Part shown: positions 48,711 through 59,002 of the stretch, piece by piece
Layout: each line of letters begins with the position of its first letter
Numbering within the stretch: the stretch's first letter is position 1
NCBI GenBank assembly: GCA_035550015.1
Contig: DASZRJ010000015.1
Span: forward strand, 73,521-137,520
Length of the DNA: 64,000 nt
Direction: 5' to 3'
Source of the DNA: Terracidiphilus sp.
GTDB lineage: Bacteria; Acidobacteriota; Terriglobia; Terriglobales; Acidobacteriaceae
The notes under the pieces: generated by a model
Told to the model about the DNA's origin: nothing
What the model saw: the letters and a program-made list of their open reading frames with translations, nothing else
Database searches by the model: none
Translations under genes and position numbers: made by a program

Positions 48711-48730
48711 AACCGGCCTTGCGGCCGGTT
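48711..48730 (-). terminator. Hairpin downstream of the propeller-phosphoesterase gene
   Basis: AACCGGCC-N4-GGCCGGTT (GCAA loop on the minus strand); weak U-tract. Confidence 0.5.
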
Positions 48731-48768
48731 TATGCATTCACTATCTGGTTATTCTTTGCCACCGATCG

Positions 48769-51603
48769 CTAATCGTCGTCGTCATCCTTATGCGGCGCCT
48801 TCTTCTTGGCCGTAATCATCGCCGGCACCGGAGCATCGCCCTTCGCCGCCTTCCACAGAATTACATTCAGCTGCTGGGCCGGCGCGCGGTCCGCATGGCG
48901 AAAATCCATCTTCATGCTCTGCATCGCGCCGAACATCGATTTCTTATTCGCCTTGTAGATCAACCCGTTTTCGCGGTTGGACGCATCCGCCACATACGGC
49001 GCTTGGTTGCCACGCCCCGTAAACAGCGACCCAATCATAGGCGCGAATGCATCGTTATTATTCATCGGCGGCAAGCCTAGCAGCGACTCCATCGTGCGTA
49101 TCACGCTTACCGTGGAGTAGAAGTGGCTGTCCACATATGCATGACCATCCTTGCCGTGCGGCGCATACTTGCTCACCACCAGAGCATAGCTGCGGTGCGC
49201 GTCCACGTGGTCCGCTCCGTCCTGCGCGTCGTCCTCCAGAATGAAGAACGCCGTTGAATCCCAGAATGGCGAATGCGAAATCAAATCCACCGCGCGTCCC
49301 ACGGCCAGGTCGTTGTCGGCTACGGACGCATTCGGCGTTGGGCCACCGGGCCGCGTGCCCATTGTGTGGTCATCTCCCAGCCGCAGCATCACAAAGTTCG
49401 GCATCGTGTCCTTGCCGTTCTTCATATCCGCAATCCAGCCGTTCAGATGCTGCTCAAAAATATTTACGCGAATCTGGTCGGGAACCCACAGATTAAAGTC
49501 CGGAGCTTCCTTCGCAAAGTGCCCCACCAGTTCCGGCTTCGTCGCCGTATTCGATGCAATTATCGGAATTGCCCACGGCCATTGATTGACACCTCCGCCC
49601 CAGTTCGCGGGTAGTTGCTGCCCAGGCTTCACTGCTGGATGCGCGCAGTTTTGGCCCTGCAACATCGGCCCTTGCTGGGGATTCGCCGTCCGCACTTCGT
49701 CGCAGAACTTGGTCGCAATGTACTCGCCAAAGTGGTAGTAGCTCTTCCCGTGCGCGGCCAGGTTACCCCACAAATAGCCGCTGGCCGGCTCATTCACATC
49801 GGGAATGTTCTGCTCCAGCGGCAGTCCTTCGGCCACCACGCCCTCATAGTCGTAGGTACGCTGCCCCCCGCGATACGACTGCTGCCAGGTCTTCTCCAGA
49901 TAATCCGTTCCAATCGCGGCATTCGACCAAACGTGTCCGTCGCCAGACACTTCGCCCGAATCGTAGAAGTTGTCCAGCACGCCAAACCGCAGCGCCAGCT
50001 TGTGAATGTTCGGCGTCACCGCCGCACCATACATCGTCAACTGCGGGTCGCCATTTCCCACCGGCTTCCCATCCTGTTCCAAATCGCCCAGTACCTGATC
50101 GTATGTGCGGTTCTCTTTAATGATGTAAATCACATGCTTGATAGGATTGGACCCGCTAGCAAAGTGAATCTTCTCCTGTGCCGCCTTCAGCCGATTGTCA
50201 GAAATCGCCTGCTCGGTCCACGTCGGCAAATCATCCCAGATCTGCTTCACGTCAACGCCCGCAATCGATCCATGCAGCATCGATGCGATGTACGTATACC
50301 GCCGCAGAAAGTGTTTCCCTTTTGCGTTATCGGTCTCCTTCATTGGCTCGCCATTCGGTCCGGTGCCCTTGCCTTTGGCCGTCGCAATGTAGATCCGTTC
50401 TCCCTTGAGCGTGGGCGCATATGCCACGCACATTGGCATCCATTCAGTGGGAATAAATCCGGTTGGCTCCACCATTCCCTTCTCGGCCGCTTCCTTGGTC
50501 AGATTCTTCGGATCAAGCACGGCCACGGCGTCAATCGCTGCATTCGCCACATACACCCGCCGCGTATTCGGATTCTGCGTCAGCCCCACAGGCTCAGCGC
50601 CAAAATAGCTCTGTCCCGGCAGTCGAGTATCGAAATAACCCTTCAGTTTGAAGTTCTTTCCCTCAATATTGATTGCCGCAACGGCATCTCGATTTGACAA
50701 CGCAACATAGAGCGTCTTTCCGCTGCCCGAAACCAGCAACGCGCTTGGATGCGATCCGGGAGCTACCCTGCTCGAAGGCTTCAGGAGTGCCAACTTGCGC
50801 TTCACCTGCAGCTTGTTCAGATCGAGCTCGACCACTTCCGAAGCATTCCACAGCGCCACAAACGCACGTTTCTCATCCTTTGTTACCGCCAAAGCAATCG
50901 GATACGTGGACGGCACCGCGCTATTTTCCGTCAGATCGAATTTGTGCTCGATAGCGCCCGTTTCAGGATCGAGGAGCAATACATCGTCGCTCAGGTTTTC
51001 AGCCACCAGGAGCTTCTCCGTCCCGTGCACCATCACGTCCGCAATCGCCGCAGGAAATGGAATCGCCAGATCTCCATCCTTATCATTCAACAGCTTAGTC
51101 ACATGACCTGAGCTCAGATGCTGCAATGGCAGCTTTATGAATCTATCCGCCTTGATTTTTCCTGCGTCAAATCGATAGACCACCACACCGCTGCCTGTGT
51201 CGCCTGGCCTCTCACCCAGTGGATCGGTAATCGACCCCATGCTCGCATAGAGATAGTTGCCGTCGCGGCTGAATGCCAGTCCCGAATAGAGCGTTTGCTT
51301 TGCCTGCACCAGCGTGCGTGAGTCTGGAAAGTCCTCCAGTTTTCCCGTCAGCGAATCCAACACGGCAATCGACTGGTCATAGTCCGACTCATACGTGCCG
51401 TAACCCGCATTTACCGTCACCACGTAGCGGTTATTCGGCGAAACAATCATTGTCATGGGCAGACTATTGATGCTTCGCGGCGCCCCCGGCACCGGTTCAG
51501 TCAGCAGTTTGCTCGTAGGAAGGTCCTTGGTCTGCGCCGGGACGTGAATGGCCGTCAGGACCGCGAGAGAACAGGCAATCAGGGAAAAGGCTCGCGTCTG
51601 CAT
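48769..51603 (-). CDS. Secreted YncE-type beta-propeller + phosphoesterase/alkaline-phosphatase-superfamily protein
   Basis: Signal peptide, propeller repeats (PIALAV, HPSALLV, LYVALSNRDAVA), HVIYIIKENRTYD, SGDGHVWS, EDDAQDGADHVDAHRS. Confidence 0.85.
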   Translation of the reverse strand: MQTRAFSLIACSLAVLTAIHVPAQTKDLPTSKLLTEPVPGAPRSINSLPMTMIVSPNNRYVVTVNAGYGTYESDYDQSIAVLDSLTGKLEDFPDSRTLVQAKQTLYSGLAFSRDGNYLYASMGSITDPLGERPGDTGSGVVVYRFDAGKIKADRFIKLPLQHLSSGHVTKLLNDKDGDLAIPFPAAIADVMVHGTEKLLVAENLSDDVLLLDPETGAIEHKFDLTENSAVPSTYPIALAVTKDEKRAFVALWNASEVVELDLNKLQVKRKLALLKPSSRVAPGSHPSALLVSGSGKTLYVALSNRDAVAAINIEGKNFKLKGYFDTRLPGQSYFGAEPVGLTQNPNTRRVYVANAAIDAVAVLDPKNLTKEAAEKGMVEPTGFIPTEWMPMCVAYAPTLKGERIYIATAKGKGTGPNGEPMKETDNAKGKHFLRRYTYIASMLHGSIAGVDVKQIWDDLPTWTEQAISDNRLKAAQEKIHFASGSNPIKHVIYIIKENRTYDQVLGDLEQDGKPVGNGDPQLTMYGAAVTPNIHKLALRFGVLDNFYDSGEVSGDGHVWSNAAIGTDYLEKTWQQSYRGGQRTYDYEGVVAEGLPLEQNIPDVNEPASGYLWGNLAAHGKSYYHFGEYIATKFCDEVRTANPQQGPMLQGQNCAHPAVKPGQQLPANWGGGVNQWPWAIPIIASNTATKPELVGHFAKEAPDFNLWVPDQIRVNIFEQHLNGWIADMKNGKDTMPNFVMLRLGDDHTMGTRPGGPTPNASVADNDLAVGRAVDLISHSPFWDSTAFFILEDDAQDGADHVDAHRSYALVVSKYAPHGKDGHAYVDSHFYSTVSVIRTMESLLGLPPMNNNDAFAPMIGSLFTGRGNQAPYVADASNRENGLIYKANKKSMFGAMQSMKMDFRHADRAPAQQLNVILWKAAKGDAPVPAMITAKKKAPHKDDDDD

Positions 51604-51699
51604 GCCAGAACAATAGCAAAATAACCTCCCTCCCCGCGTCACGGTTCGGTAACAATCTCGAAACAAACGCCGCCCCGCTGCGGCTGCGATAATGAAGCC

Positions 51700-52866
51700 A
51701 TGCGCACCGTCCTCACTGCTAAACGCCTTTGGGATGGCAGTCGCGTTGTCTCAAATCCGGTTGTTGTTCTGGAAGACAATCGCATCGACTCCATCGCAGC
51801 GCATGACTCCGCACCTCTCTCCGGAAACGCACAGCACATCGATCTTCCAGGAGCCACGCTCGCACCCGCATTCTTTGATGTGCACATTCACGGCGCAGCG
51901 GGGCACGATGTCATGGAAGCCACACCGGACGCGCTCGATGCCGTCGGCAGCTTTCTTGCTACACGCGGTACAGGCAATTACTTCGCCACCACCGTTACGG
52001 CCACCGTCGACTCCACCCTCCGCGCCGTCAATGGCATCGCCAAACGCATCGCGGCCGCACCAGTGCCCGGTCAGGCACAACCCATCGGCATTCATCTTGA
52101 GGGTCCGTTTCTCTCGCACGCCAAGCGTGGCGTTCACCCGCCTGATTTGCTGCTCGCGCCCGATATTGCGCTCTTTGATCGCATCTGCGAAGCCGCCGAG
52201 GGCCATGTCCGTCTGATCACCCTCGCACCGGAGTTACCCGGCGCGGCGGAATTCGCCGCACACGCCACAGCGCGCGGCGTGCGTGTATCTGTCGGTCACT
52301 CAAACGCCACTGCCGCGGAAACAAATTCCACAATCGCCGCGGGAGCCGTCAGCGCCACACACACCTTTAACGCCATGCGCCCGCTCGATCATCGCGAGCC
52401 AGGCATCCTCGGCACGGTCCTTACAAAGAAATCCCTCTTTGCCGAGCTCATCTGTGATGGCATTCACACTGCGCCGGAAATGGTTCAGCTCTGGTGGAGT
52501 GCCAAGGGGCCTGAACGCGGCATCCTCGTTACGGACGCCATGAGTGCCACTGGCATGCCAGACGGCCAGTATCAACTTGGCGGCTTCACCGTCGACGTCG
52601 CGAACGGCCGCGCCATGGCGAATGGCGTCCTCGCCGGCAGCGTCCTCACGCTCGACCGCGCGCTCACAAACTTCATCTCATTTACAGGTGCAAATCTCGA
52701 CGAAGCTCTTCAGCTGCTCACGGTAAATCCGGCATCAATGACCGGACTCGCATCGCGTGCCGGCGCACTCGCCGCGGGCGGTCCCGCCAATCTCGTCGCT
52801 GTCGACGATTCCGGCGTGCTGCTTGCCTCTATCGTGCACGGCAAACTCACGCATATGCGGAACTAG
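51700..52866 (+). CDS. nagA: N-acetylglucosamine-6-phosphate deacetylase
   Basis: DVHIHG, HLEGPF, KRGVH, GHSNA, HTFNAM, DGIH, TDAM, AGS. Confidence 0.95.
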   Translation: MRTVLTAKRLWDGSRVVSNPVVVLEDNRIDSIAAHDSAPLSGNAQHIDLPGATLAPAFFDVHIHGAAGHDVMEATPDALDAVGSFLATRGTGNYFATTVTATVDSTLRAVNGIAKRIAAAPVPGQAQPIGIHLEGPFLSHAKRGVHPPDLLLAPDIALFDRICEAAEGHVRLITLAPELPGAAEFAAHATARGVRVSVGHSNATAAETNSTIAAGAVSATHTFNAMRPLDHREPGILGTVLTKKSLFAELICDGIHTAPEMVQLWWSAKGPERGILVTDAMSATGMPDGQYQLGGFTVDVANGRAMANGVLAGSVLTLDRALTNFISFTGANLDEALQLLTVNPASMTGLASRAGALAAGGPANLVAVDDSGVLLASIVHGKLTHMRN

Positions 52867-53777
52867 GTCCGCGTCACGAGTCTCTGCGCGCGCCACACTG
52901 CGCCGTCAATGCCTGCAACTTCCGTTTCGCACACGGACATTGAGGGTGCCGCCGCATGCAATCCCGCAAAAAACGACGCGCGCACCAGCCGCGACTTTCC
53001 AATTACGCTGCCAATCCACGCCACAGGAACCTCTTCCGTCACACCATGCTTGCGCCGGATCTTTTCGCGCACCAGCAACACACTCGCCACCAGATCCGCC
53101 GCCGCCTGTTGCAACACATCCAGCGCAACCTTGTCGCCTGCCTCCGCCAGCTCGCTGATCGCCGGCGCGAGTGCCGCAAAATCCGGCCCCGGCGTACTGT
53201 CGCCCAGGTTCACCAGTTCTTCAATGGTTGGTGTGCCCCACATCTTGCCCACCACTTCCAGAACCTTCGTCGGCTCCTCGCGGTCATGCGCCTTCAGTGC
53301 GCGACGCACCGCATGCAGCCCAATCCAATAACCTGACCCCTCATCGCCCAGCCGCGAACTCCAGCCGCCCGCACATTCGCGCTTTCCGTCCGGTGCGCGG
53401 CCAATGCAGTTGGAACCCGTACCCGCGATTTGCAGTATTCCAGGACCGCCCTTGAATGCGGCATCCAGCGCAATTACCTCGTCACCCACAACCTCGATGC
53501 GCTCCGCGCCAAACTCGTGAAGTACATCCTGAATCCACTCTGAAACGCCCGGCATCGCGGCGCTCGCCACCCCGGCCGAAGCGGCGGCCACACCCTTCAC
53601 TCCTGCCTGTGTAAAGACTTCATTTAAAATCCAGCGAAGGTTAGCCTCTGCCTTCCCGGCCCCCACTCGAAGACGTTTGATCGATCCATTCTCTGCGAAT
53701 GCAAGAACGTTGTCTCCGTCTACTAAGGAAGCGCGTGTACGCGTGCCTCCGCCATCAATTCCAAGAACAACACTCAT
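52863..53777 (-). CDS. BadF/BadG-type sugar kinase (GlcNAc/MurNAc kinase-like)
   Basis: GIDGGGTRT, GD, IAGTGS, AGGW...LGDEGSGYWIG; stop overlaps the nagA stop (convergent). Confidence 0.88.
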   Translation of the reverse strand: MSVVLGIDGGGTRTRASLVDGDNVLAFAENGSIKRLRVGAGKAEANLRWILNEVFTQAGVKGVAAASAGVASAAMPGVSEWIQDVLHEFGAERIEVVGDEVIALDAAFKGGPGILQIAGTGSNCIGRAPDGKRECAGGWSSRLGDEGSGYWIGLHAVRRALKAHDREEPTKVLEVVGKMWGTPTIEELVNLGDSTPGPDFAALAPAISELAEAGDKVALDVLQQAAADLVASVLLVREKIRRKHGVTEEVPVAWIGSVIGKSRLVRASFFAGLHAAAPSMSVCETEVAGIDGAVWRAQRLVTRT

Positions 53778-53784
53778 CCGCGGC

Positions 53785-55101
53785 TCAATCCTTTTGTCCC
53801 TCGGAGTCACCGTTGTCGCGCAGCGTTCCCGCCAATACGTTCAGGCTTCCATCATTCTTCGCTGCACGCAATCCGAGCAGGTGCGCCATCCAGGGATACA
53901 GGTTCACATTTTCAAACGGGGCCACTGTCACACCTTGCTTGATATCTGGTCCCGTTGCAAAAAAACTTGCCTTCATTTCAGGCATTGTGTGCGGGTCGTA
54001 ACCATGCATTCCCGCAGGCGGCTTCCGGTCCGCTTTACCCGCTTCCGGGCCGTGCGCACGTATCATGAACGGTCCCGTTGGAATCACCACCGGGTCGCCT
54101 TCGCGCGCATTTTCGTTGTAATGCAGATCCGCTGGTACTAGCTTGCGCCGGTACACCACAAAATCAGACGAAATCTTCTTCAATTGGTTGTAGACGTGTT
54201 CGCGATCTTTTTCGCTCTCGCTATAGAGAAGCCCACCATCCGTCTCGAATCCTTTCAGATTCGAAAACTTGTCCAGCGTAATCCAGCCGCCCTCCACTTT
54301 CGCCATGCCGTGGTCGCTCACTACCACCAGGTCGATTGGTAAACCGGTCGCGTCCAGCTCTTTCTTTAGCTCACCCACCAGGGCATCCACCGTATGGATC
54401 GCCTCGTGCGTCTCCGGTGCGTCCGGTCCGTACATGTGCCCCGCGTGATCTACGTTCGAGTAGTACAGCGTAATGAAGTGAGGACGCTCCTCGGCCGGCA
54501 GTTTCAGCCATGCGATCACCTGGTGAATCCGCTCTGTGTCGTCCACCTTGTCGTTGAAGTGCGCATAAAACGTGGGCCGCTCTCCGGCAATTTCCGCTTC
54601 ACTCCCCGGCCAGAACAGGCACGCGGCGCGCATTCCCTGGCTCTCGGCAAGGCTCCACAACGGCACACCGCTGTACCACGTCCCATCCAATGCGGTCTCG
54701 GCCGAGCGGTACGAGTAGTGTTTCTTCCGCTCCGGGTCGTAGAACTCATTGGCAATAATGCCGTGGTGTTCGGGATAGAGACCCGTGATGATTGCAAGAT
54801 GATTGGGAAACGTCAGCGATGGAAAGCTGGGCAGCATTCCCTCTGGTGCCCACACACCCTCTTTACCCAGGGCAAGCAGATGTTCGGCTTTGTCGCGTGT
54901 TGCATAATCCCACCGGAACCCATCCAGTGAAACCAGTACCACATAATGCGCTGCCTGCGCCGCCTGTGAGTTGGGTCCGTGGTCGGTGTGGATTATCTCA
55001 AGCTTCGGGGATGTCTGGGCGCAGATCCCGAGAGGCAAAAGCGCCGTCAACAACACACTCAGAATGCCAGGCGCTTTACTAAACCGCTTCAGCCGCCACA
55101 T
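53785..55101 (-). CDS. Nucleotide pyrophosphatase/phosphodiesterase (NPP) family, secreted
   Basis: VSLDGFR, catalytic PSLTFPNH, DHAGH, SDHGM, GMHGYD; ends 7 nt before the kinase start. Confidence 0.92.
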   Translation of the reverse strand: MWRLKRFSKAPGILSVLLTALLPLGICAQTSPKLEIIHTDHGPNSQAAQAAHYVVLVSLDGFRWDYATRDKAEHLLALGKEGVWAPEGMLPSFPSLTFPNHLAIITGLYPEHHGIIANEFYDPERKKHYSYRSAETALDGTWYSGVPLWSLAESQGMRAACLFWPGSEAEIAGERPTFYAHFNDKVDDTERIHQVIAWLKLPAEERPHFITLYYSNVDHAGHMYGPDAPETHEAIHTVDALVGELKKELDATGLPIDLVVVSDHGMAKVEGGWITLDKFSNLKGFETDGGLLYSESEKDREHVYNQLKKISSDFVVYRRKLVPADLHYNENAREGDPVVIPTGPFMIRAHGPEAGKADRKPPAGMHGYDPHTMPEMKASFFATGPDIKQGVTVAPFENVNLYPWMAHLLGLRAAKNDGSLNVLAGTLRDNGDSEGQKD

Positions 55102-55329
55102 CTGCCTATCCCCCACTTTAGATTACAGTACGGTTTGAGTTCACTCGGCATGACGGACATGAACGGGAAAACACACACGCCCATCAAATCCGCGCGTGCG
55201 TGCCTGAAAATGAAATCGAACAAACCGCAGAAGGGTTGCAATCGGGCGCAGCGGTCACGGAAACCACAGCTATACCTGCCTGCGGTATGTGTACAGCGAT
55301 CGTGTCTGCCCAGACATTCAGTAATGCGC

Positions 55330-55360
55330 AACGGCCCAGCCGGTAAAAGGCTGGGCCGTT
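55330..55360 (-). terminator. Terminator-like hairpin after cytochrome c
   Basis: 12-bp perfect stem AACGGCCCAGCC-N7-GGCTGGGCCGTT, 3 nt after the stop; weak U-tract. Confidence 0.65.
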
Positions 55361-55363
55361 ATC

Positions 55364-55867
55364 TTACTGCTGGCTCTGTGGAGCGGCTGCTGGTTGTGGA
55401 GCAGCTTCTGGCGGAGCCGCGGGCGTAGTGACTGGATTATCCTTGGCCAATTGGCGTACATACGCAATCAGGTCGTGTATCTCATTGTCCTTTGCGCGTG
55501 CCTCGGCTTCCGGCGGCATCTTATCTTTGCCTTTGCGAATCAGGTCGAATATCTGCTGATCTGTCATTTTGGCCACGGTCGTCGGATCGCCAAAAGCGGG
55601 AATCGCCAGCTTCATCTCTTTCGCGATATCCGTATCGCCTGTGCCCTTGTCGCCATGGCACAGCGCGCAGTCTATCTCGTACAGTTTCTTTGCTTTGTCC
55701 ATCGCATCGGCCTTCGCATCGGCTGACGCATTCGCCGGCTCTTCGGCTGACGCCTTCGCCGCGCTCTTCTGCGTGTGCTTGGCGGTCTGGCCTGCATTCG
55801 TTTGCATTGCTACCGGCGCCACTCCAAATGCCGTCGCGGCAGCAATCAACAGCACGGACTTCCACAT
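55364..55867 (-). CDS. Class I c-type cytochrome
   Basis: Signal peptide, CALCH, distal Met KMPP, Ala/Lys linker and Pro/Ala tail. Confidence 0.9.
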   Translation of the reverse strand: MWKSVLLIAAATAFGVAPVAMQTNAGQTAKHTQKSAAKASAEEPANASADAKADAMDKAKKLYEIDCALCHGDKGTGDTDIAKEMKLAIPAFGDPTTVAKMTDQQIFDLIRKGKDKMPPEAEARAKDNEIHDLIAYVRQLAKDNPVTTPAAPPEAAPQPAAAPQSQQ

Positions 55868-56044
55868 AGCATTCTCCTTGTCGAGCAGGTGTCGGGAATG
55901 GGCATCTGCTGCTTAATTTACTGTTCGGGCCGCATTATAGGCCGATTTTTCCGGCTTGTGCAGTATTCGCTATCGCATATCTCAGTTAAGAACCTTAGCT
56001 ATCATCGCTCCGCAGTTTTGTATTCCATGTGATATACGTTCCAC

Positions 56045-57427
56045 ATGTTTTTGCGCATTGCTGCAATTGCCGCCATTCTTTCTGCTTCTGCCATTCCCTT
56101 TTTGCCGTCTGCCGACCATAAGCTCGCCTCCACTCCACCCATGGGCTGGAATAGCTGGGACTCCTACGGCCTCACCATCGATGAAGCCGATTACCGCGCC
56201 AATACCAAAATCCTCGCCTCCATGCAGAAATACGGCTGGGAATACTCGGTCATTGACGAAGGCTGGTACATGCAGGACCCCTTCGCCTCCACTGTCGAAA
56301 CGCGCAAATATGTCTGGGACGACAACGGCATTCTCGTCCCCGCCGCTGACCGCTTCCCCTCCGCGGCCAATGGAGCCGGCTTCAAGCCGCTCGCCGACTG
56401 GGTTCATGATCAGGGCCTCAAATTCGGCATTCATATCGTCCGCGGTATCCCGCGCCAGGTCGTGAAAGAAAATCTCCCCATCGCCGGCACCAATTTCCAT
56501 GCCGCCGATGCCGCCGATGTCAACGAAACCTGTCCCTGGGATGAAGGCAACTACGGCGTCAGGGACAACGCCGCCGGCCAGGCCTATTACGACTCCATGA
56601 TGAAGCTCTACGCCTCATGGGGTCTCGACTTCATCAAGGTCGACTGCATCAGCGATCACCCCTACCGCCCTACTGAAATCCGCCAGATCGCCGAAGCTAT
56701 CAGGAAATCAGGCCGCCCCATTGTCCTCAGTCTCTCGCCCGGCCCCACGCAGTTGGAGCACGCTGCGGAGGTCGCCAAATACGCACAAATGTGGCGCATT
56801 ACCGACGACCACTGGGATGGCTGGGACTTTGAGCATCACGGCGCCAGCGAATTCCCTCTCGGCCTCTCCGGCGAATTCGACCGCATCGCCAAATGGGCGC
56901 CATACGCCAAGCCCGGAAATTGGCCCGATCCCGACATGCTCCCCGAAGGCTATCTCGGCCCCCATCCCGGCCTCGGCGACCCGCGTCAGACTCGCTACAC
57001 ACACGACGAGCAGCGTTCCGAGTTCACTCTCTGGGCCATCTCGCGCTCGCCGCTCATCATGGGCGCCAACCTCACCAAACTCGACGACTTCACTCGCTCC
57101 CTGATGACCAACGAGGAAGTCCTCGACCTCAACCAGAACGCCGTTGAAAGCGGCCCTGGAATTCTGCCCATGCGCAACGGCAAAAACGATACTTTCCCTG
57201 AACGCTTCTGGTATGCCCGCACCGGCGGAGTTCACGGCAAGTACTATATTGCCGTCTTCAACCTTGAAGACCACGACACATCGTCTACGCTTCCCTGGCA
57301 AATCTTCCATCTCAGCGACAAGCCCCATGCTGTCTACGATGTCTGGAACCAGAAGCACCTGCTCAAATCGCGCGCGCTCCATGTCGATCTGCCTCCGCAC
57401 GGCTGCGCATTGTTCCGGCTGGAGTAG
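56045..57427 (+). CDS. GH27 glycoside hydrolase (alpha-galactosidase-like), secreted
   Basis: TPPMGWNSW, IDEGW, DFIKVD, WRITDD, WPDPDML, SPLIMG. Confidence 0.92.
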   Translation: MFLRIAAIAAILSASAIPFLPSADHKLASTPPMGWNSWDSYGLTIDEADYRANTKILASMQKYGWEYSVIDEGWYMQDPFASTVETRKYVWDDNGILVPAADRFPSAANGAGFKPLADWVHDQGLKFGIHIVRGIPRQVVKENLPIAGTNFHAADAADVNETCPWDEGNYGVRDNAAGQAYYDSMMKLYASWGLDFIKVDCISDHPYRPTEIRQIAEAIRKSGRPIVLSLSPGPTQLEHAAEVAKYAQMWRITDDHWDGWDFEHHGASEFPLGLSGEFDRIAKWAPYAKPGNWPDPDMLPEGYLGPHPGLGDPRQTRYTHDEQRSEFTLWAISRSPLIMGANLTKLDDFTRSLMTNEEVLDLNQNAVESGPGILPMRNGKNDTFPERFWYARTGGVHGKYYIAVFNLEDHDTSSTLPWQIFHLSDKPHAVYDVWNQKHLLKSRALHVDLPPHGCALFRLE

Positions 57428-57546
57428 CCGCGCGGCTCGATGAGCGCATTCTGAAATGCCTGTCACAGCGGAACCGCATCCGTTGTGAGAAACTGTTCTT
57501 CGGCCAACCACGCAAATGCAGTTCTGCTGGCGCCAAATCAAAAGCG

Positions 57547-58470
57547 ATGCCACTCCTTCGTTCCGCCTTCATCGCCCTCTCGCGCAGCCGCGCCGTCCGC
57601 CGTTTTAGCGAGCACTCACGCGCAGGCACCAAACTCAGTTCGCGCTTCGTCGCCGGACTCACCCTTGAAGATGCTCTGCGCACCACTGAAGCCGTCAATC
57701 GCCAGGGAATCCACGTCACGCTGGACTCGCTCGGCGAATCCGTTACCTCGCCGGACCAGGCTCACAAAGCTGCGGCCATCTACCATCATCTTCTCGACGA
57801 AATCGCCGCACGCAAGCTTGATTCCAACATCAGCGTCAAGCTCACTCAGATGGGCCTTGAGCTCGACCCCGCTCTCGCTGAATCCATCGCGGAAAAGCTC
57901 GCCGAACATGCCGCCGCAACGGGTAACTTCCTCCGCGTCGACATGGAAGACTCCTCGCTCACCCAGGTCACGCTCGACATTGTTCGCCGCCTGCACGCAC
58001 GGCCCAATCTGCGCAGCCACATCGGCATCGTCATCCAGTCGTATCTTTACCGCTCCAAGGACGATATCGAGCAACTCATTGCCGACGGTATTCGCGTGCG
58101 CCTCTGCAAGGGCGCATACAAGGAACCCGAATCCGTCGCCTTTCCCAAAAAATCCGACGTCGATGCAAACTATGTCCACCTCAGCGGCATGTTGCTTTCG
58201 AGCCCCATCTATCACGGCCTCGCCACGCACGACGAAGCCATGATCGAAGCCGCAAAAGCCTACGCACGCGCACACAACATTGAGCCCGCTCGCTTTGAAT
58301 TTCAAATGTTGTATGGGGTGCGCCGCGATCTGCAGCGCAGGCTGGTCGCCGAGGGCTACAACGTCCGGGTCTATGTTCCCTTCGGTACCGAGTGGTACCC
58401 GTACTTCATGCGCCGTCTGGCTGAACGGCCCGCCAACGCTCTCTTCATCCTGAAAAATTTGCTGCGCTAA
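57547..58470 (+). CDS. Monofunctional proline dehydrogenase
   Basis: RFVAG, VDMED, VRLCKGAY, ATHD, EFQMLYG, YFMRRLAERP. Confidence 0.95.
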   Translation: MPLLRSAFIALSRSRAVRRFSEHSRAGTKLSSRFVAGLTLEDALRTTEAVNRQGIHVTLDSLGESVTSPDQAHKAAAIYHHLLDEIAARKLDSNISVKLTQMGLELDPALAESIAEKLAEHAAATGNFLRVDMEDSSLTQVTLDIVRRLHARPNLRSHIGIVIQSYLYRSKDDIEQLIADGIRVRLCKGAYKEPESVAFPKKSDVDANYVHLSGMLLSSPIYHGLATHDEAMIEAAKAYARAHNIEPARFEFQMLYGVRRDLQRRLVAEGYNVRVYVPFGTEWYPYFMRRLAERPANALFILKNLLR

Positions 58471-58512
58471 TCCTGCCGGATAATCGGCAATTCATCGCAA
58501 CGTCGCCCGCGC

Positions 58513-58752
58513 TCATTCGCCCACGCGCATCTCAGTTGTGCTCGCATCGTTCCATTCTGATTCGCGATGTGCACGCTTGCCTCGCAGATGAACGTACTGC
58601 GTCACCCGGCAAACAGGACATTCCCATGGGTAGTAGCCGAATATGGCATAGATATTCTTCTGCATGAACCCTTCGCGTGGAAGCCTCCGCATGCGGCTGC
58701 CGCCGCACTGTTTGCAGTAGACCTCATGCATACCTTTGTTCTTTGGTGTCAT
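58513..58752 (-). CDS. Small zinc-ribbon-like protein (79 aa)
   Basis: CKQC...YYPWECPVC (two CxxC pairs), basic; ATG 58752 is the probable start. Confidence 0.65.
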   Translation of the reverse strand: MTPKNKGMHEVYCKQCGGSRMRRLPREGFMQKNIYAIFGYYPWECPVCRVTQYVHLRGKRAHRESEWNDASTTEMRVGE

Positions 58753-59002
58753 TGCCTGTCTTCCAGGGGGAGGAAGCTTCATCGGTATCCATGCGCATGC
58801 AACTGAATCTGACCCCGCCTCTGCTGTTGCGCCGCGCATGCGGAATCGAGATTCATTGTCCTGTCTCGATTCGCGACCGAATCCATGTGAGTGTATCGAA
58901 GTTCACTGCTCATTTGGATAGAAAAATGGTGCCGGAATCAAAACTCAAAAACGATAAATCTGGCTACGCCGGTAATTCCATTCTTCGGGTTCCGTAAATC
59001 CC

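Noticed and set aside
55089-55331. 80-aa Cys-containing ORF between cytochrome c and NPP
   Set aside because: Starts at a terminator stem, has no RBS and overlaps the NPP start; more likely promoter DNA.
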